In this document: positions 1 through 8,857 of the stretch, piece by piece
Numbering within the stretch: position 1 is the stretch's first letter
Layout: each line of letters starts with the position of its first letter
From: a bacterium
Lineage (GTDB): Bacteria > Patescibacteriota > Minisyncoccia > Phycocordibacterales > UBA2100
Direction of reading: 5' to 3'
Assembly (NCBI GenBank): GCA_038128225.1
Contig: JAYPJF010000001.1
Coordinates: 2,155 to 66,154 of the forward strand
Length of the DNA stretch: 64,000 nucleotides
Notes under the pieces: generated by a model
The model's input: only the letters and a program-made list of their open reading frames with translations
Databases searched by the model: none
What the model was told of the DNA's origin: nothing
Made by a program: the position numbers and the translations under genes

Positions 1-43
1 CACCGACAACTACATTTCAAAAAATGTTTTACGAAATCCGCTC

Positions 44-1213
44 ATGAGAATTTTAGGCATCGAAACTTCATGTGATGAGACCGCGGCGTGCGTGATTGAG
101 GCAACAGGCACGATCGCCTCACACTTTTCATTTTCAGTACGTGGTAATGCGTTGTACTCACAAATCGAAAAACATCGCCCATACGGGGGCGTGTTCCCTA
201 ACCTCGCAAAGCGCGAGCACGCAAAAAACCTTGTACCAATCCTTTTCTCCGCCCTCAAAGAAGCTGAGATGATCACTCCCGCGCGCGCGCCTACCATTTC
301 AAAAGCTGATCTTGATGAGATAAAAACAATCCTCGAGCGTGAGCCGGAACTCTTTAGCCAGCTTGTTCCTTTTTTTGCACAGTATGAAAAGCCGCCGATT
401 GACGCAATCGCGGTCACGTATGGACCAGGACTCGAGCCAGCACTTTGGGTTGGGGTAAATTTTGCGCGCACTCTTTCCCACGCATGGAGTATTCCTGTAG
501 TTTCAGTAAATCACATGGAGGGACATGTGGTCATTGCCGCAATAAAAGAAAGCACCCTGGCTCCCCTTACGTTCCCCGCGCTCGCACTTCTTATTTCGGG
601 AGGCCACACTGAAATTGTCTTAATGAAGGAATGGTTCTCATACGAAAAAATAGGACAAACACGCGACGACGCTGTCGGTGAAGCATTCGACAAAGCAGCC
701 CGTCTTTTAGGACTGCCCTACCCTGGAGGTCCGGAAATATCGCGATTAGCAAAAAAAGCGCGTGAGCAAAATATTCTACCGCCGTTCCCGCTGCCTCGCC
801 CTATGGAAAAAAGTGGTGACTTGGATTTTTCTTTCTCAGGCCTTAAAACTGCTGTGCGGCGCTCAGTTGAATTACTCGGGACAGTCACGGACGCGCATAA
901 ACTAGGAATCGCGCGCGAGTTCGAAGACGCGGTAGCTGATGTGTTAGTCGCAAAAACGCGAGACGCGGTACTACAAACCGGAGCACGCGCGGTACTCCTT
1001 GGCGGAGGTGTTGCAGCAAACCACTATATCGGCGCAAAATTGCAGGCAATGCTTGCTGAAGAATTCGAGGCCACGGCACTTTTCGTATGCCCGCCCATTC
1101 AAGCGACCGACAATGCACTCATGATTGCGCTTGCTGGATATTTTCGAGCATTAAGAAATGAGTTTACTGACCCCACCACAATGCGAGCAAACGGTAATCT
1201 GAAACTTTCTTAA
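44..1213 (+). CDS. tsaD: tRNA N6-adenosine threonylcarbamoyltransferase TsaD (Kae1/Gcp family)
   Basis: N-terminus MRILGIETSCDETAACV; full-length family match; RBS-like stretch upstream. Confidence 0.9.
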   Translation: MRILGIETSCDETAACVIEATGTIASHFSFSVRGNALYSQIEKHRPYGGVFPNLAKREHAKNLVPILFSALKEAEMITPARAPTISKADLDEIKTILEREPELFSQLVPFFAQYEKPPIDAIAVTYGPGLEPALWVGVNFARTLSHAWSIPVVSVNHMEGHVVIAAIKESTLAPLTFPALALLISGGHTEIVLMKEWFSYEKIGQTRDDAVGEAFDKAARLLGLPYPGGPEISRLAKKAREQNILPPFPLPRPMEKSGDLDFSFSGLKTAVRRSVELLGTVTDAHKLGIAREFEDAVADVLVAKTRDAVLQTGARAVLLGGGVAANHYIGAKLQAMLAEEFEATALFVCPPIQATDNALMIALAGYFRALRNEFTDPTTMRANGNLKLS

Positions 1214-1231
1214 AGCGGTGCCTGTGCTAGG

Positions 1232-3448
1232 ATGACTCTTATGCCAAAAGACGGCTCAAAACCTAGCAATATTCCTGAGGTCTTTTTGAAGCCATACAAT
1301 GCTGTCGACGAAGAACTTTCGATTCTTGCCTTGTGGGAGAAAAGTGGGTACGCAAACCCGGATGTGTGCATTCAGAAAGGGATCTCCTCCTCAACCGCTG
1401 AACCGTTTTCAATCGTCCTTCCTCCCCCCAATGTTACCGGCACCCTTCACATCGGCCATGCCGCGATGCTTGCCGTAGAAGATATCCTCGTGCGTCATGC
1501 GCGCATGCAAGGAAAACGCACCTTGTGGCTTCCTGGAACCGACCATGCGGCAATCGCAACCCAATCAAAAGTGGAAAAAGAAATGCAAAAAAAAGAAGGT
1601 CTATCGCGCCACGATCTTGGGCGTGAAAAGTTTTTGGAGCGCGTAGTCAAGTTTGCACAAGAAAGCCACGATACGATCGTCGGGCAAGTTACCCGTATTG
1701 GCTCTTCGGTAGACTGGAGTCGCGAAGCATTCACCCTTGATGAGGCGCGAACAAAGGCGGTGCGGACTGCATTTAAAAACATGTACGATGCCGGTCTTAT
1801 TTACCGCGGTCATCGCATCGTAAACTGGGATCCGAAAGGGCAAACCACTATTTCAGACGACGAGATTGTGTACGAAGAACGAAAAGAGAAGTTTTATTAT
1901 CTCAAGTATGGGCCGTTTGTGATTGGAACGGCACGCCCGGAAACTAAGTTCGGTGATAAATACGTGGTCGTGCACCCTGATGATGCTCGATACGCTGACT
2001 ACGCGCACGGACAAGAGATTACGCTTGAGTGGATCAATGGGCCAATTACAGCGACGGTGCTTAAAGACGCTGCCGCAAACCCCGAGTTTGGCACTGGAGC
2101 GATGACCATCACTCCGTGGCACGATGCCACCGACTTTGATATCGCCGAGCGGCACGACCTGAAATACGAACAAGTAATCGATTGGTACGGAAAATTGCTC
2201 CCGATCGCAGGTGAATTCGCGAACATGAAAATTGCCGAGGCGCGAGAAAAAATAATCGAAAAGCTACAGGCAAAAGGTTTGGTGGATCGAGTTGAAGAGT
2301 ACGTGCACAACGTTGCGACTGCAGAACGTACGGGAGCGGTAGTCGAACCTCAAATCAAACTCCAGTGGTTTATTGACGTCGACAAACCGTTCGCGCTCCC
2401 CCACTCGCAGATTAAAGGCATGCTGCCAAACACTGAAACGACACTCAAACGCCTCATGAAAACCGTAGTTGAGACAGGTCAGGTAACCATAGTTCCTGAC
2501 CGTTTTGCAAAAACATATTACAATTGGATCGATAACCTGCGTGATTGGTGTATTAGCCGTCAGATTTGGTATGGACATCGCATTCCCGTGTGGTATCGAG
2601 AAAACGAAGTGTACTGTGGTATTGAAGCACCCGAGGGCGCGGGGTGGGAACAAGATACGGATACATTGGACACGTGGTTTTCCTCTGGGTTATGGACTTT
2701 TTCAACACTCGGCTGGCCAGACCAGACGCAAGATTTAGAAACCTACCACCCAACGACAGTGCTCGAAACCGGGTACGACATCCTTTTCTTTTGGGTTGCG
2801 CGTATGGTACTAATGACCGGTTTTACTATGGGCGCGGTCCCCTTCAAATACGTGTACCTGCATGGACTCGTACGCGATGCGCAAGGGCGCAAAATGAGTA
2901 AATCCCTCGGAAACACGATTGACCCTCTGGAAATGATTGAAAAGTACGGCGCTGACGCGACACGTATGTCGCTCATTGTGGGAGCGCAGCCAGGAAATGA
3001 CATCAAACTCTCTGAAGATCGGATTCGGGGGTACAAGCATTTTGCAAACAAACTATGGAACATTGCCCGCTTTGTGCTTGAGAACACCGAATCATACGAT
3101 CCACAAGCACCGTACACTGCGCATGATGCGAAAATCGCGGCAGAAGCCCAGGAAGTTGTGCGTACTGCACACACGCATATCACCACATTCAGGCTCGACC
3201 TTGCAGCAGACGCTGCATACCACTTTGTGTGGGATCGATTTGCTTCAGAGGTACTCGAGGAGTCAAAAACAATATTCCGAAGTGAAGATATGGAAGCAAA
3301 GCGTTCGCGCGCCCGCCTTTTGTACGAGACTCTTACTCTTATGCTGCGCGTCTTACACCCTTTTGTACCATTTGTGACAGAAGCAATTTGGCAACGGTTG
3401 CCGCGAAAAGAATCCGATGTGTTGATGGTTGCGAAATGGCCACAATAA
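1232..3448 (+). CDS. valS: valyl-tRNA synthetase (short form lacking C-terminal coiled coil)
   Basis: Class I aaRS HIGH motif (PPPNVTGTLHIGHA) and KMSKS (KMSKSLGN); editing domain present. Confidence 0.9.
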   Translation: MTLMPKDGSKPSNIPEVFLKPYNAVDEELSILALWEKSGYANPDVCIQKGISSSTAEPFSIVLPPPNVTGTLHIGHAAMLAVEDILVRHARMQGKRTLWLPGTDHAAIATQSKVEKEMQKKEGLSRHDLGREKFLERVVKFAQESHDTIVGQVTRIGSSVDWSREAFTLDEARTKAVRTAFKNMYDAGLIYRGHRIVNWDPKGQTTISDDEIVYEERKEKFYYLKYGPFVIGTARPETKFGDKYVVVHPDDARYADYAHGQEITLEWINGPITATVLKDAAANPEFGTGAMTITPWHDATDFDIAERHDLKYEQVIDWYGKLLPIAGEFANMKIAEAREKIIEKLQAKGLVDRVEEYVHNVATAERTGAVVEPQIKLQWFIDVDKPFALPHSQIKGMLPNTETTLKRLMKTVVETGQVTIVPDRFAKTYYNWIDNLRDWCISRQIWYGHRIPVWYRENEVYCGIEAPEGAGWEQDTDTLDTWFSSGLWTFSTLGWPDQTQDLETYHPTTVLETGYDILFFWVARMVLMTGFTMGAVPFKYVYLHGLVRDAQGRKMSKSLGNTIDPLEMIEKYGADATRMSLIVGAQPGNDIKLSEDRIRGYKHFANKLWNIARFVLENTESYDPQAPYTAHDAKIAAEAQEVVRTAHTHITTFRLDLAADAAYHFVWDRFASEVLEESKTIFRSEDMEAKRSRARLLYETLTLMLRVLHPFVPFVTEAIWQRLPRKESDVLMVAKWPQ

Positions 3449-3466
3449 AAGTGCTAGGATAGATCC

Positions 3467-4147
3467 ATGAACGAGTTTATGTCGATACTTCTCGCCACCG
3501 CAGGCGGGATTTTTCCTGCACTTATTTGGCTTTGGTTTTGGCTGCGCGAGGACATGCGCCACCCCGAACCTCGATATCTTATTGCACTCGCATTTGTTGC
3601 TGGCGCGTTCACTGTCGCTCTGGTCATTCCTATCCAAAAAGTGATCGCAACAATGGTAACGGGGACACTCATTATCTTTGCACTATGGTCCCTAATTGAA
3701 GAGGTGGCAAAGTATATACTTGCGCGTATCACGGTCTTGAATCGACGCGACGCCGACGAGCCGATTGATATGGTCATTTACATGGTGACGGTAGCGCTCG
3801 GGTTTGCCGCGATTGAGAATGCTCTTTTTCTTCTTTCGCCACTTGCAGGAAGTACACCGGTCGAGACATTTTTGACAGGCAACTTGCGCTTCGTCGGGGC
3901 CACACTGCTTCACGTACTTTCTTCAGCAACTGTAGGCGCCTTCCTCGCGTTATCCTTCTACAAAACTAAAAGCCAGAAGGCCGTATACACCGCAATTGGG
4001 ATTATCCTTGCTGCCGCTTTGCATAGTGGGTTCAACTTCCTTATACTGAGAGCTGCCGAAGAGCATTTACTGCGAACCTTTGGACTGGTGTGGGTGGGAG
4101 TGATTGTCATGCTCGCGGTTTTAGAATTCATTAAGCGCTTGCGATAA
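3467..4147 (+). CDS. PrsW-family intramembrane protease-like membrane protein
   Basis: Multi-TM protein with EExxK (IEEVAKY), FAAIENALF and downstream His motifs typical of PrsW/YpdC. Confidence 0.55.
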   Translation: MNEFMSILLATAGGIFPALIWLWFWLREDMRHPEPRYLIALAFVAGAFTVALVIPIQKVIATMVTGTLIIFALWSLIEEVAKYILARITVLNRRDADEPIDMVIYMVTVALGFAAIENALFLLSPLAGSTPVETFLTGNLRFVGATLLHVLSSATVGAFLALSFYKTKSQKAVYTAIGIILAAALHSGFNFLILRAAEEHLLRTFGLVWVGVIVMLAVLEFIKRLR

Positions 4148-4153
4148 CCCCGT

Positions 4154-4654
4154 ATGAAAAAACTCTCTTTACTTGAGCGACTCACTGGCTCTTCTTCACA
4201 AGAGGAGTACGACGACTTTTTTGATACTAATGACCAGAACGCTGGAGTGCCTGTGCGCCAGCAAGAGCGTACACCACAGAAACCGATGCAGCAGGAACAG
4301 CAAACGTGGGAAGAACCCCAAGAAGAGGGTGAACTTGCGGTTGATGTATATCAAACTCCCGAATTTGTAGTTATCAAAGCACTTGTTGCAGGCGTTATTC
4401 CCCAAAACCTAGACATATCACTCACGCGCACTATGGCCACTATACGCGGTGTTCGCGAGGACGAACGCGAAGTGGCGAATGAAAATTATTTCCAAAAAGA
4501 ACTGTATTGGGGAGCGTTTTCGCGTACCATTCTGCTTCCTGAAGAAGTAGATGTAGATTTAGCGGAAGCATACGAAAAACATGGCATTTTGATCATCCGC
4601 CTTCCTAAAATCAACAAATCAAAAGAGACTAAGCTGAAGGTAAAAAGCCGGTAA
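4154..4654 (+). CDS. Hsp20/alpha-crystallin family small heat shock protein
   Basis: Acidic N-region then alpha-crystallin domain (ELAVDVYQTPEFVVIKALVAGV...ILIIRLPK). Confidence 0.8.
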   Translation: MKKLSLLERLTGSSSQEEYDDFFDTNDQNAGVPVRQQERTPQKPMQQEQQTWEEPQEEGELAVDVYQTPEFVVIKALVAGVIPQNLDISLTRTMATIRGVREDEREVANENYFQKELYWGAFSRTILLPEEVDVDLAEAYEKHGILIIRLPKINKSKETKLKVKSR

Positions 4655-4775
4655 TTTTAAAATTGCATTCGCTCAACAAACTGTGACTCGTCCCACATCA
4701 GTCTCTCGGTAAATTTCGAGGTGCCACTACTTGTGTAGATGAAGCCATGACACTGATTACTCACGTAGTATACGG

Positions 4776-4848
4776 GAATCGGGGTGAGGCTTGAGCTCAC
4801 CACCTTTAAGCTTCACAGAGAAGCTTTAGTTACTGAGATGCGTTACGC
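4776..4848 (-). pseudogene. degenerate tRNA-Phe-derived copy (pseudo-tRNA)
   Basis: Minus-strand sequence resembles the adjacent tRNA-Phe (D-arm ...CTCAGT..., T-arm GTGAG-CTCAAGC-CTCAC, 3-prime strand CCCGATTC). Acceptor stem cannot pair and T-loop has C54. Folding attempted by eye only. Confidence 0.4.
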
Positions 4849-4850
4849 AG

Positions 4851-4924
4851 TGCTCGGGGTGAGACTCGAACTCACGACCCTTCGCTCTTCAGGCGAATGC
4901 TCTAACCAACTGAGCTACCCGAGC
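4851..4924 (-). tRNA. tRNA-Phe (anticodon GAA)
   Basis: Cloverleaf folded by eye: acceptor GCTCGGG/CCCGAGC, D-arm AGCTCAGTTGGTTAGAGC, anticodon loop CTGAAGA, T-arm GTGAG-TTCGAGT-CTCAC, discriminator A; CCA not encoded. Confidence 0.85.
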
Positions 4925-4926
4925 TT

Positions 4927-5259
4927 CTATTCACCAAGCGTACCCTCAGGAAGATACGCTTTGAGTCCGTCCAGAATACCAGAAAGATCAGAAATGGGAA
5001 TATTCACGTTAGCCCCCAAATCTTGCACCTGCTGCATAGATCCCTGTACCTGATTGAGGGTATTCATAGCCTGATTCAGGGTTGGAGCAAGGTATTGTAT
5101 GTAAAGCCAGAGTGGGATTACGATAAACGCAGCCCAAACGAGCAATTTAAACACTCCCCCAATAAACGCGTTGCGGCGCATCGCCTTCAACATGCGGTTA
5201 TTTTCTCGCGCCAGTTCGTATGTGCGCCGCAACCACTCCTCCTGAGTCGGTTCTTGCAT
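4927..5259 (-). CDS. hypothetical small membrane protein
   Basis: ORF 4927..5307 trimmed to Met17 (MQEPTQEEW...) so it does not overlap tRNA-Arg; one predicted TM helix; weak RBS. Confidence 0.4.
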   Translation of the reverse strand: MQEPTQEEWLRRTYELARENNRMLKAMRRNAFIGGVFKLLVWAAFIVIPLWLYIQYLAPTLNQAMNTLNQVQGSMQQVQDLGANVNIPISDLSGILDGLKAYLPEGTLGE

Positions 5260-5281
5260 GGGCAAAGTATACCATCTATAA

Positions 5282-5353
5282 GTGCCCCCGGCAGGAATCG
5301 AACCCACATTGAGCCCTTAGGACGGGCCAGTTCTATCCATTGAACTACAGGGG
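5282..5353 (-). tRNA. tRNA-Arg (anticodon CCT)
   Basis: Acceptor GCCCCTG/CGGGGGC, D-arm GTTC-AATGGATA-GAAC, anticodon loop GTCCTAA, T-arm GTGGG-TTCGATT-CCTGC, discriminator A. Confidence 0.7.
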
Positions 5354-5371
5354 CGTATCGAGACTCTAACA

Positions 5372-5399
5372 CAAAAGCCGCCCTCTCGGGCGGCTTTTG
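5372..5399. terminator. bidirectional rho-independent terminator between tRNA-Arg and glutaredoxin gene
   Basis: AAAA-GCCGCCC-TCTC-GGGCGGC-TTTT hairpin. Confidence 0.7.
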
Positions 5400-5411
5400 T
5401 GTGCGCACACA

Positions 5412-5645
5412 TTACAATCCCAGTTTTTGCTTCAATGCATCCTCATCAAAACCAACAATGATCTCATCTCCAATTACGATAACAGGCACCCCCATTTGAC
5501 CGCTCTTTTCGATCATTTCACTACGTTTCTCTAAGTCTGAAGCAACATCATGCTCAGTGTAAGAAACTTTATTTTCATTAAAAAACTCTTTTGCTGCATG
5601 ACAGAAATGACATGTTGGCGTGCTGTAGATCGTTACTTGAGGCAT
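5412..5645 (-). CDS. NrdH/glutaredoxin-like small redox protein
   Basis: CxxC active site (STPTCHFCHAAKEF) and glutaredoxin fold motifs (GVPVIVIGDEIIVGFD). Start moved to Met52 (MPQVTIY) because upstream ORF part runs into tRNA-Gly-related sequence. Confidence 0.75.
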   Translation of the reverse strand: MPQVTIYSTPTCHFCHAAKEFFNENKVSYTEHDVASDLEKRSEMIEKSGQMGVPVIVIGDEIIVGFDEDALKQKLGL

Positions 5646-5690
5646 ACGAAGATATATAAAATAATAATGCTTGCCAAGTATACACCATTT

Positions 5691-5709
5691 GTGCGGGATG
5701 CGGGAATCG
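5691..5709. repeat. 19-bp direct repeat of the 3-prime end of tRNA-Gly (copy 1; copy 2 = 5837..5855 inside/adjacent to the tRNA)
   Basis: gtgcgggatgcgggaatcg occurs identically at 5691 and 5837. Confidence 0.85.
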
Positions 5710-5837
5710 GTCACGAGTTTCGCTCTGCGAACCCTCGACCCCGCCTCAGCCCGGCTCGGGCTTCCGGCTTTCGATTCCCACCCTCCGTTACAAAACAACA
5801 GTCATCGTACGCTCACGCGTACTCTTCGTTTGTTTTG

Positions 5838-5908
5838 TGCGGGATGCGGGAATCGAACCCGCATCTGCTGCTTGGGAAGCAGCCATTCTACCACTAAACT
5901 AATCCCGC
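5838..5908 (-). tRNA. tRNA-Gly (anticodon CCC)
   Basis: Acceptor GCGGGAT/ATCCCGC, anticodon stem-loop GCTGC-TTCCCAA-GCAGC, T-arm GCGGG-TTCGATT-CCCGC, discriminator A. Confidence 0.85.
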
Positions 5909-6010
5909 AATCTTCTTAGAATCTTTTCTGCTCCCGAGTGTCCCCAGGACACTGCTTGTTGCCGCACACGACCACCGCCGAGGAAATTACTATACCAAAA
6001 ACACTCGTCG

Positions 6011-6412
6011 CTACCAGCCAAGCCATCGCCACCACGATTGTGGTTCTTCTGGCACCTCAGAAACCTCTTCGTCAACGACAATAACTACCCCTTCACCTTC
6101 CTTAACAAGCCCGAACCGATCTCGAAGCGCCGCCTCTATGCCTCGGTCGTTTTTGAGTGACGCAATATTCTCACGTAATTCTTTTTCCCGCCCTTCTACG
6201 TTCGTGAGCTCTTTTTGCGCGCGTTCCTGGTACTTTTCCGCCTCTTGAAAACGCAGGTGCATGCCCCACACAGCGCGCATCAGAAGGACAGCTAACACAA
6301 TAAGTACCAGCCACCCAAACCGCTTCCACACAAGCCAGACCGCACGATCCCGTTGCCCCATTTTTTTCATGTGGTAGTATTCTAGCACTTGAATATGAGC
6401 TTTTTGTTCCAC
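6011..6412 (-). CDS. FtsB/DivIC-like septum formation initiator (TM plus coiled coil)
   Basis: Single N-terminal TM followed by coiled coil and conserved ...NDRGIEAALRDRFGLVKEGE... segment typical of FtsB/DivIC. Confidence 0.6.
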   Translation of the reverse strand: MEQKAHIQVLEYYHMKKMGQRDRAVWLVWKRFGWLVLIVLAVLLMRAVWGMHLRFQEAEKYQERAQKELTNVEGREKELRENIASLKNDRGIEAALRDRFGLVKEGEGVVIVVDEEVSEVPEEPQSWWRWLGW

Positions 6413-6574
6413 AAACGCACCAAAAAAGTAGTTCAGTACATCTGGGTTGTTTTGGCAGTACTGATTATTATCTCAATGGTAGTTTTCTTCTCACCGGGAC
6501 TAATTACATTTTAGTTTGACATACACGAGTAGCCCGATACACTCCACATAGTCAAAAACTGCGAGGAGGAAGAG

Positions 6575-7021
6575 GTGATCTACACTACGCCCCTAAAGAG
6601 TTTTAAACCCGCCTTCCAAACGGTAAGTTGCTGTGTAACGACTGGCGAAGAGATGCTCTTCTTGCATCGTTTACCAACGAAAACGTATGGAAATATGTGG
6701 GGCTTCCCTACGGGGAAACTGTGGTTAGGCGAGGACGCTGACACAGGCATGCGACGTGAGCTAGAAGAGGAAACCGGAATTTGCGAGGTTCCCCGTTTTT
6801 TCCAAAGCATCTTTGTCCATCCCGCTGACGAATCGCACCCGCAGTTTACGTATCATCTGTACCGGCTTCGCCTTTCAAAACGACCTCTCATTCGCCTCGA
6901 TAGTTCCGAGCACGATGCACACTGCTGGATTTCGACGAACGCGCTCAAATCGTTGGAGCTTGTACCAGATCTTGCCGCATGCATTGAGTTACTCACAAAT
7001 TCGCGAGTACCCACTGTATGA
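6575..7021 (+). CDS. NUDIX hydrolase
   Basis: Nudix box GEDADTGMRRELEEETGI; GTG start preceded by GAGGAGGAAG RBS. Confidence 0.8.
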   Translation: MIYTTPLKSFKPAFQTVSCCVTTGEEMLFLHRLPTKTYGNMWGFPTGKLWLGEDADTGMRRELEEETGICEVPRFFQSIFVHPADESHPQFTYHLYRLRLSKRPLIRLDSSEHDAHCWISTNALKSLELVPDLAACIELLTNSRVPTV

Positions 7022-7063
7022 TATTTCACTTGAGAGCGCCTACGGGTGCTCTCGTCGTTTTTA

Positions 7064-8857
7064 TCATTCATCAGATTCGCGCATTACTTTCAAAAACACA
7101 TCATGCGGAATATGTACTTTAGTGCCCCCTAATTCTGCGCGACGCTTCTTACCCTTTTTTTGCTTTTCAAGCAGTTTCATTTTCCGAGTCACGTCGCCAC
7201 CATACAGATACCCCGTGACGTCTTTGCGGCGTGCAGATTTTCTGCGCGCCGCGATAATTCTCCCCATTGCTTTAGCTTGTATCTTGAGTACGAACAGCTG
7301 CTGTGGTAACAACTTTTCAAGGCGCTCAACCATTGCCTCACCCTCTGTCTGTACTTTACGCCGCGAAACAATGCGCGAAAATGCGGGCATCACTTCTTCA
7401 GAAACAAGCACATCCAGGCGCACAACATCCGCCTGCTGCAATCCCATCAGCTCATAAGACAAGGAAGCAAAACCCGATGAGGCGTTTTTAAGTTTGTCGA
7501 AAAAACCGCGCATCATTTCACGAAGCGGCATGCGCGCCACAAGTTCTATACGCCCATCGGGAAGAGTTTCAGTTTTCTCAGTCTCCGCTTCGTGATCGTG
7601 AAGCAGCTGCACAATGGGGCCAAGAAATTCTCCTGGTGTGAAAAGTGAGATACGCACCCACTGTTCGCGCACGGATACAATCGAACCATCATCAGGAAAC
7701 CGCGCAGGAGAATAAATCATGAGCTGCTCGTTATTGCTGCGAGTCACTTCATACACGGTCGTGGGTAGTGTTACCACGAGCTCAAGATCAAATTCTCTGC
7801 GGAGTCGCTCAGTAATAATTTCCAAATGCAACATCCCCAAAAAACCACACCGAAATCCTCGGCCCATAATCCCCGATTGTTCTTCCTCATATGAGAGCGA
7901 AGAGTCGGTGAGCCGCAATCTCTCGAGCGCCTGCTTGAGAAGCGTGAAGTCATCTTGGCTTTCGGGATACACACTCGCCCAAATGACCGGAGCAGGACTT
8001 TGATATCCATGCAATGCCGGGGAAGGTTTTTTTGCTATCGTAACCGTATCGCCGACTGAAGCAATACCTGGTTTCTTGATTCCAGTCACTATATAGCCAA
8101 TGTCGCCGACGTGAAGCGCGTCACTTACAGTCTCGTGTGGTGTAAGCACACCAACCTCAGCCGCAACAAATTCTTCCCCTGAAGCAACAAAACGCAACCG
8201 GTCGCCTTTTTTGAATTGTCCGTCGAAAATGCGGCAGTACACAATAACGCCCCGATGATCTGAGTACGAAAAATCAAACACGAGCGCGCGTGTTTCATCA
8301 GCTCCCGCTTCTGGCGCGGGTATGCGCGCAACAATTGTGTCAAGAAGTTCCGCGACACCCGCTCCGGTTTTCCCCGACGTAAGCAAGATATCTGCTTCTT
8401 CGCACCCCAAAAGCAGCGAAACTTCACTGCGTACATCATTCACGCGCGCATGAGGCGCGTCGATTTTTGACAACACAGGTATGACAACCCGATTAAGTGC
8501 TTTTGCCGTGTTTAATACAGAAAGTGTTTGTGCTTGGATTCCTTGCGTAGCATCCACTAACAACACTACCCCCTCCACCGCTGAAAGCGCACGCGAAACC
8601 TCGTAAGCAAAGTCGACATGTCCTGGGGTATCTATAAGATTGATTGTGTATGCGTCGCCTCCAGCGTGCCACTGCATGCGTACCGGTTGCATCTTAATGG
8701 TAATACCCCGCTCGCGTTCAAGCTCCATTGAATCGAGTATCTGCTCCCGCATGACACGCTTTTCAATAGTTCCTGTCACCTCAAGCATGCGGTCTGCAAG
8801 CGTCGATTTCCCATGGTCAATATGGGCGATGATACTGAAATTGCGAATATGGTTCAT
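7064..8857 (-). CDS. lepA: elongation factor 4 (LepA) GTPase
   Basis: MNHIRNFSIIAHIDHGKSTL G1 motif and LepA C-terminal domain. Start set at Met27 of the ORF; its ATG overlaps the murJ TGA stop (ATGA). Confidence 0.9.
   Translation of the reverse strand: MNHIRNFSIIAHIDHGKSTLADRMLEVTGTIEKRVMREQILDSMELERERGITIKMQPVRMQWHAGGDAYTINLIDTPGHVDFAYEVSRALSAVEGVVLLVDATQGIQAQTLSVLNTAKALNRVVIPVLSKIDAPHARVNDVRSEVSLLLGCEEADILLTSGKTGAGVAELLDTIVARIPAPEAGADETRALVFDFSYSDHRGVIVYCRIFDGQFKKGDRLRFVASGEEFVAAEVGVLTPHETVSDALHVGDIGYIVTGIKKPGIASVGDTVTIAKKPSPALHGYQSPAPVIWASVYPESQDDFTLLKQALERLRLTDSSLSYEEEQSGIMGRGFRCGFLGMLHLEIITERLRREFDLELVVTLPTTVYEVTRSNNEQLMIYSPARFPDDGSIVSVREQWVRISLFTPGEFLGPIVQLLHDHEAETEKTETLPDGRIELVARMPLREMMRGFFDKLKNASSGFASLSYELMGLQQADVVRLDVLVSEEVMPAFSRIVSRRKVQTEGEAMVERLEKLLPQQLFVLKIQAKAMGRIIAARRKSARRKDVTGYLYGGDVTRKMKLLEKQKKGKKRRAELGGTKVHIPHDVFLKVMRESDE

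Noticed and set aside
10-471. 153-aa minus-strand ORF at window start
   Set aside because: Lies fully antisense inside tsaD; no RBS; low-complexity translation typical of a shadow frame.
4784-5053. 89-aa plus ORF (MRLELTTFKLH...VRLELTT...)
   Set aside because: Reads across the tRNA-Phe and pseudo-tRNA genes on the opposite strand. The repeated RLELTT is the translation of the T-arm.
5187-5408. 73-aa minus ORF
   Set aside because: Overlaps tRNA-Arg and the terminator hairpin.
5710-5836. Second tRNA or intron between the tRNA-Gly repeats
   Set aside because: No cloverleaf could be folded and the segment is too short for a group I intron. Reported as a repeat-flanked insert instead.
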